The notes below the pieces were generated by a model. It saw only the letters and a program-made list of their open reading frames with translations. It did no database searches and was not told the origin of the DNA. This document shows, piece by piece, positions 1-1,141 of a stretch of DNA of 1,141 nt. The position numbers and the translations under genes were made by a program. Source of the stretch: Naegleria gruberi (Eukaryota); assembly GCA_000004985.1 (NCBI GenBank), contig GG739533.1, one strand, 5' to 3'. Position 1 is the stretch's first letter, and every line of letters starts with the position of its first letter.

Positions 1-228
1 TTATCTCTACTTTAAGAAATCACCGTGCTTTATAACCACAGCGAGTCAAACCACAAGAAATTGTCGGGAGAACTAGCATAGTTACGCAGCCGCGACTCTA
101 AGGTTTTGTTAAGAAACAATTTTAAAGAGCATTGAAATTCCAGAGTTCCTTAGTTTTCCTTAAGTTAAAAACTTGGCGGAGACACATGCTGTGAGAGCGA
201 AGTTTTTTCACTACACTTTCCTTAATAT

Positions 229-246
229 AATTCTATATATAGAATT
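229..246. promoter_or_regulatory. Perfect 18-bp palindrome AATTCTATATATAGAATT with a TATATATA core. It is a candidate TATA element or dimeric-factor binding site.
   Basis: Read directly: positions 229-246 are identical to their reverse complement. The palindrome breaks at 228/247 (t/t). The TATATATA core matches the eukaryotic TATA-box consensus, but no downstream ORF or transcript evidence is available. Confidence 0.3.
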
Positions 247-380
247 TGTCTAGAAAGCCATCATATTTTATATCTATGTATTGCTTACATCTAACTGCTC
301 GAATAATCATCACTAATCTCCAAAAATTACTAATACTATTATATTTAAATCATGATGAGATGATGTTGGAAGTCATCAAA

Positions 381-464
381 ATTACACCCCTATTTTTACC
401 ACCCTCAACGTAATTACCCTGGTTTGCCTAAGTATTGGTAGAGAAAACATACTCGGGTGGTAAA
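381..464. repeat. Cluster of three direct TTAC(C)ACCC-like copies (381-390 attacacccc, 395-404 tttaccaccc, 412-422 aattaccctgg). The middle copy is also the left arm of a perfect 10-bp inverted repeat (TTTACCACCC 395-404 / GGGTGGTAAA 455-464) with a 50-bp spacer.
   Basis: Read directly from the sequence. The right arm's reverse complement equals the left arm exactly. The arms do not extend (394/465 and 405/454 mismatch). Confidence 0.45.
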
Positions 465-619
465 TCTTCCTTGCATCCAACTGTTCACCTCCAACAAGAA
501 GAAACTGTTCTTGAAATTACTAATTTTCTTGCTTTCAACAATCTCAAGTGAAAGTTTAGGCTGTGTTTGTCCAAAAAAATATTCAACATTCTTCTACTCA
601 AGGAGTACATGATGATTTT

Positions 620-885
620 CGGAGTGGTTTTACATCATGAAAGCACCAAACTTTCACATCATCATCTCAACATGATCTATATAGTAGTAATAATAGTAAT
701 TTTTATTGGTGGATTATCATCATGAAATTGGAATTTATTTTTCATGATGGAAAATCACAATTTGGTGTTCCATCATCAGATCATTCACCAACCATCATCA
801 TTATTGTTTTCCATAAATATAATAATAGTATTGTGGAAATTAATTTTTAGTAATGTAATTTTGGTGAAATGTCAAAATTTTCACT
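620..885. repeat. Degenerate two-copy tandem duplication, about 130 bp per unit (about 620-751 and 752-885). Both units carry the same ordered motif series: GGTG, then CATCAT(G/C)A, then (G/T)CACCAA(A/C)C, then CATCATCAT, then an AT-rich stretch, then AATAATAGTA, then TTG(G)TGG.
   Basis: AATAATAGTA is exact at 689-698 and 821-830, 132 bp apart. GTGGTTTTACATCATGAAA (624-642) matches GTGGATTATCATCATGAAA (709-727) at 16/19 positions. GCACCAAAC (643-651) resembles TCACCAACC (785-793), and CACATCATCATC (655-666) resembles CCATCATCATT (792-802). The motif order is conserved but spacing varies by 5-8 bp, so the duplication is old or degenerate. Confidence 0.45.
718..749. repeat. Inverted repeat or potential hairpin: CATCATGAAA (718-727) and TTTCATGATG (740-749), a 10-bp perfect stem with a 12-nt loop (TTGGAATTTATT).
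   Basis: The arms are exact reverse complements when read directly. The stem does not extend (717 t / 750 g). The arms belong to the CATCATGAAA motif family that recurs in both orientations across 609-900. Confidence 0.5.
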
Positions 886-1090
886 AAATTCATCATCACT
901 GCTGGATCTACTGGACAAGTTGGAAAACTGTCAATGTAGTATTGTTCGGAATGGTCAATAGTAGGTAGGAGAACTTTCTCTTATCAATTTTGGTCAAGTT
1001 ATGATAGGGATAGGTACATGTGAATTTTGAAAAAGTACATGGACCATAACTCATGTACTTCACCAACTTGAATCATGTCTTTTAGTACTA

Positions 1091-1102
1091 CTATTTAAAT
1101 AG
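1091..1102. promoter_or_regulatory. Perfect 12-bp palindrome CTATTTAAATAG with a TATTTAAAT (TATA-like) core. It lies about 35 bp upstream of an ATG at 1138-1140, at the right edge of the window.
   Basis: Positions 1091-1102 equal their reverse complement; 1090/1103 are a/a, so the palindrome stops there. Spacing to the terminal ATG fits a core promoter plus short 5' UTR, but the downstream sequence is outside the window. Confidence 0.25.
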
Positions 1103-1141
1103 ATAATAAACATCATATTTATTATCAGATTTTCGTCATGT

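Noticed and set aside
20-79. Minus-strand ATG (forward 79-77) in the GC-richer left end, which might begin a gene running off the left edge.
   Set aside because: Translation hits an in-frame TGA (forward 20-22, tca) after 19 codons, so it is not an edge-truncated gene.
494-512. Small hairpin CAAGAA(gaaactg)TTCTTG with a 6-bp stem.
   Set aside because: A 6-bp stem in AT-rich sequence is expected by chance. There is no supporting context.
600-760. Possible long imperfect hairpin (pre-miRNA-like) pairing 612-642 with 740-759.
   Set aside because: Only the short outer segments are complementary. The intervening about 100 nt (643-739) do not pair in register, so there is no extended stem.
641-847. 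Longest stop-free stretch (forward frame 2, about 207 nt).
   Set aside because: It has no in-frame ATG and the same low-complexity repeat content, so this is not coding.
744-887. Forward-strand ORF ATG 744 to TAA 885-887 (47 codons, MMENHNLVFHHQIIHQPSSLLFSINIIIVLWKLIFSNVILVKCQNFH).
   Set aside because: It is short and low-complexity. Its His, Ile and Asn runs come from the CATCAT and AT-rich repeats. It has no recognisable domain and no credible upstream start signal, so it is more likely a chance ORF in repetitive DNA.
620-900. Possible CRISPR array or plasmid iterons, based on the repeated GGTG...CATCATGAAA units.
   Set aside because: The repeats are too degenerate (no more than 16/19 identity), and the spacing is irregular at 85, 54 and 96 bp. 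Some copies are inverted, and there are no adjacent cas-like or rep-like ORFs. This does not fit a CRISPR or iteron architecture.
935-960. GTTCGGAAT resembling a tRNA T-psi-C loop (GTTCGAATC), with AGTTGG D-loop-like sequence about 25 bp upstream.
   Set aside because: No 5-bp T-stem flanks it (tattg/tggtc are not complementary). No acceptor or anticodon stem could be built. This is a chance resemblance.
1-1141. MITE or DNA-transposon terminal inverted repeats. I checked the window ends, the Tourist-like TTGTTCGG at 943-950 and the hAT-like TAGGGATAGG at 1005-1014.
   Set aside because: The window termini are not inverted repeats of each other. The internal matches are partial consensus resemblances with no mirrored partner and no identifiable target-site duplication.

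Overview
This 1141-bp window is AT-rich (about one-third G+C by eye; the first ~120 bp are richer, about 41% by hand count). I could not support any protein-coding gene, RNA gene, CRISPR array or mobile-element terminus. A hand scan of stop codons in all six frames leaves no open stretch longer than about 210 nt. The longest ATG-initiated ORF is 47 codons and has low-complexity composition.

The composition and motif content (TATA-like palindromes, poly-A tract) resemble eukaryotic, possibly plant or fungal, intergenic, promoter or intronic DNA more than a prokaryotic locus. I cannot establish the organism from the sequence alone.

The window does contain internal structure:
- A degenerate ~130-bp tandem duplication at about 620-885, built from CATCAT/ATGATG-containing motifs that occur in both orientations, including a 10-bp-stem hairpin.
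- An 18-bp perfect palindrome around a TATATATA core at 229-246.
- A 12-bp palindromic TATTTAAAT element about 35 bp upstream of an ATG at the extreme 3' edge.
- A cluster of three TTAC(C)ACCC direct repeats overlapping a 10-bp inverted repeat at 381-464.

I see no evidence for a novel multi-gene system in this window. The most plausible interpretation is a regulatory or intergenic region with repeated cis-elements, possibly the promoter of a gene that begins at or beyond the right edge.
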